A DNA stretch of 62,348 nt, filler included. It is 5 parts of 5 records of this genome, joined end to end, with 100 filler letters (N's around TTAATTAATTAA, not from the genome) between each part and the next. Parts side by side here need not be neighbours in the genome. Positions count along the whole stretch, not along the records: positions 57,262 to 62,348 come from SRR20825010_788; 4 more parts are not named here. One strand, given 5' to 3'. Every line of letters starts with the position of its first letter. The stretch's first letter is position 1. Positions 60,681 through 62,348 of this stretch are shown here, one piece after another. The notes beneath the pieces were generated by a model. That model was not told where the DNA came from. It did not search any database and worked only from the letters and a program-made list of their open reading frames with translations. The translations under genes were made by a program, and so were the position numbers.

Positions 60681-61118
60681 TCAGGGAAGCACCCGGTTGA
60701 GGTAGCCTTCATTATCGGGTTCGGCCGCTTCATACGCCGCATCGAACAAAGGGCTGCCGAGCACGAAATCGGCACTCGCCTGATTGCAGGCAAGCACGAC
60801 ATTGTAGAGCGTGCAGAGCCGCAGCAGCGCCTTCACATCCACATCATGCGGCATGGATGTCATCGGGTCCGTGAAGAAGAGCAGGATATCGAGCCCGCCT
60901 TCCGCGATCAGTGCGCCCATCTGCTGATCACCGCCGAGCGGGCCGCTTTTCAGGCACTGAACCGCAAGCCCGGTATCCTCGGCAATGACTTTTCCCGTTG
61001 TCCCGGTGGCATAGAGATCATGCCCGGCGAACCGGTCCCTGTGAGCATGCACGAACGCCCTGAGCGCCGGTTTGCGGGCATCGTGGGCGATCAGCCCGAT
61101 GCGCTTGCGTTCCTTCAT
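60681..61118 (-). CDS. mgsA: methylglyoxal synthase
   Basis: LIAHDARK, ATGTTG, SGPLGGDQQ, PHDVDVKAL. Confidence 0.96.
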   Translation of the reverse strand: MKERKRIGLIAHDARKPALRAFVHAHRDRFAGHDLYATGTTGKVIAEDTGLAVQCLKSGPLGGDQQMGALIAEGGLDILLFFTDPMTSMPHDVDVKALLRLCTLYNVVLACNQASADFVLGSPLFDAAYEAAEPDNEGYLNRVLP

Positions 61119-61235
61119 CCGATATGGTCCCCGCTTTAAGGCGATAGTTTCCAAAAGGGCGCTACACTGTCCCGTAAGCCATCGTTAAGCTGCAAGAAAA
61201 TACCAATCAAAAACAACTTTATGGGACGGGAGGAC

Positions 61236-61928
61236 ATGTCCGATATCACCCTGGCCGATCTGCGCAAGCTGACGGAGTGGGATACCCCCACAATCTGCAA
61301 CGGCCTCGAGGTCGTTACACCTGAGCGCCGGACCATCGGCTTCACGACAATGCCGCTGGTCGCGCTTGATCCATCCCTGCCCCCGATCTGCGGCTATGCC
61401 CGCACCGCCACGATGCGCGCCGTCACACCGCCTCAGGGCGATGCCAAAGCCACCCGTGCCGCCTATTACACCTATGTCGCGGACGGCGCGCTGCCCCGCA
61501 TCGTGGTGTTGCAGGACCTCGACCCGGAGCCCGGTTTCGGCGCCTTCTGGGGTGAGGTGAACACCAACATCCACAAGGGCCTCGGCTGTCTCGGCTGCGT
61601 TACCAACGGATCCTTCCGCGATGTCGACGCTTCCGCGCCCGGCTTCCAGATTCTCGGCGGCAAGGTCGGCCCGAGCCATGGCTGGGTTCACCCAGTCGAT
61701 TTCGGCGTGCCGGTGAACGTCGGCGGCATGGCGGTCAATCACGACGATATCATTCATGCGGACCGGCATGGTGCCGTGGTGGTGCCGGCCGAAGCAGTGA
61801 AAAAACTGCCCGAAGCCATTGCCCTGCTGGAGCGGAAAGAGAAGGTCATTCTCGATGCCGCCAAGTCGCCGGATTTCGACATCGACAAGCTGAAGGCCGC
61901 AATGGCCGGCTCCGCCGAAATCCACTGA
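61236..61928 (+). CDS. RraA/HMG-aldolase-like family protein
   Basis: DTPTICNG, GYART, FWGEVN, TNGSFRD, DIIHADRHGAVVVP; GGAGG before ATG 61236. Confidence 0.88.
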   Translation: MSDITLADLRKLTEWDTPTICNGLEVVTPERRTIGFTTMPLVALDPSLPPICGYARTATMRAVTPPQGDAKATRAAYYTYVADGALPRIVVLQDLDPEPGFGAFWGEVNTNIHKGLGCLGCVTNGSFRDVDASAPGFQILGGKVGPSHGWVHPVDFGVPVNVGGMAVNHDDIIHADRHGAVVVPAEAVKKLPEAIALLERKEKVILDAAKSPDFDIDKLKAAMAGSAEIH

Positions 61929-61965
61929 TCCGCCAGCCTGAGATCCCAGCCTGAGAGACCCAAAG

Positions 61966-62348
61966 ATGAACAAGTTTCATGTGCTGGTCGTCGACAAGCT
62001 CAACGACGCCGGCCAATCCCAGTTCGACGCCCGTGACGACGTCAAGACCACCGTGCTGCAGTTCCCGACCGAGGAAGAGCTGATCGCCCACGCCCATGAC
62101 ATCGACGCCATCGCGGTTCAGACCACTAAGATCCCGCGCGCGGTGATCGAGGCCGCTCCTAACCTCAAGGTCGTCTCCCGCCACGGCGTCGGCTACGATT
62201 CCGTCGATGTCGCGGCGCTGACCGAGCGCGGCGTTCCGCTTTGTGTTGCCGCCACGTCGAACGCCGTGTCGGTGGCCGAACACACGATGTATTTCATCCT
62301 GGCTCTGGCCAAGAAGAGCGTCGAGTTCGACCACGCCACCCGGAACGA
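61966..62348 (+). CDS. D-isomer 2-hydroxyacid dehydrogenase (3' truncated)
   Basis: Own translation: MNKFHVLVVD...LKVVSRHGVGYDSVDV...NAVSVAEH; runs off the window end. Confidence 0.92.
   Translation, partial: MNKFHVLVVDKLNDAGQSQFDARDDVKTTVLQFPTEEELIAHAHDIDAIAVQTTKIPRAVIEAAPNLKVVSRHGVGYDSVDVAALTERGVPLCVAATSNAVSVAEHTMYFILALAKKSVEFDHATRN

Overview
This is not one locus. It is five unrelated contigs joined by 100-bp spacers (44 N + TTAATTAATTAA + 44 N) at 13489-13588, 33783-33882, 47839-47938 and 57162-57261. Contig A (1-13488) is GC-rich alphaproteobacterial DNA: argG, lemA, rlmN, ialB-like, oxidoreductases and a LysR module. Contig B (13589-33782) is a second alphaproteobacterium: half a tRNA, a sensor kinase, an rpoH-family sigma, a BlaI/BlaR1-like pair with an ankyrin-repeat sensor, carD-fdxA-S4-helicase, rpmB and cobST. 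Contig C (33883-47838) is Flavobacteriaceae-like: DUF349, rny, 6S RNA, zapA, M23 peptidase, cysteine desulfurase and recQ. Contig D (47939-57161) is a more AT-rich Flavobacteriaceae-like contig: ElaA GNAT, patatin, S41 protease and rnpA. Contig E (57262-62348) is a third alphaproteobacterium: ABC ATPase, phosphatase, RidA, an lvaAB-like pair and mgsA. Most content is housekeeping, and I see no CRISPR array, transposase, integrase or phage gene. The best candidate for an undescribed system is the BlaI repressor plus M56 protease/ankyrin-repeat sensor, with two visible TACA-NN-TGTA-type operators. Other leads are two intact ORFs that lack their family's catalytic residues (SGNH, thermonuclease), a secreted five-repeat protein, and a Cys-rich DUF2752/CC-motif membrane trio. 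All family assignments come from motif recognition, not database searches.
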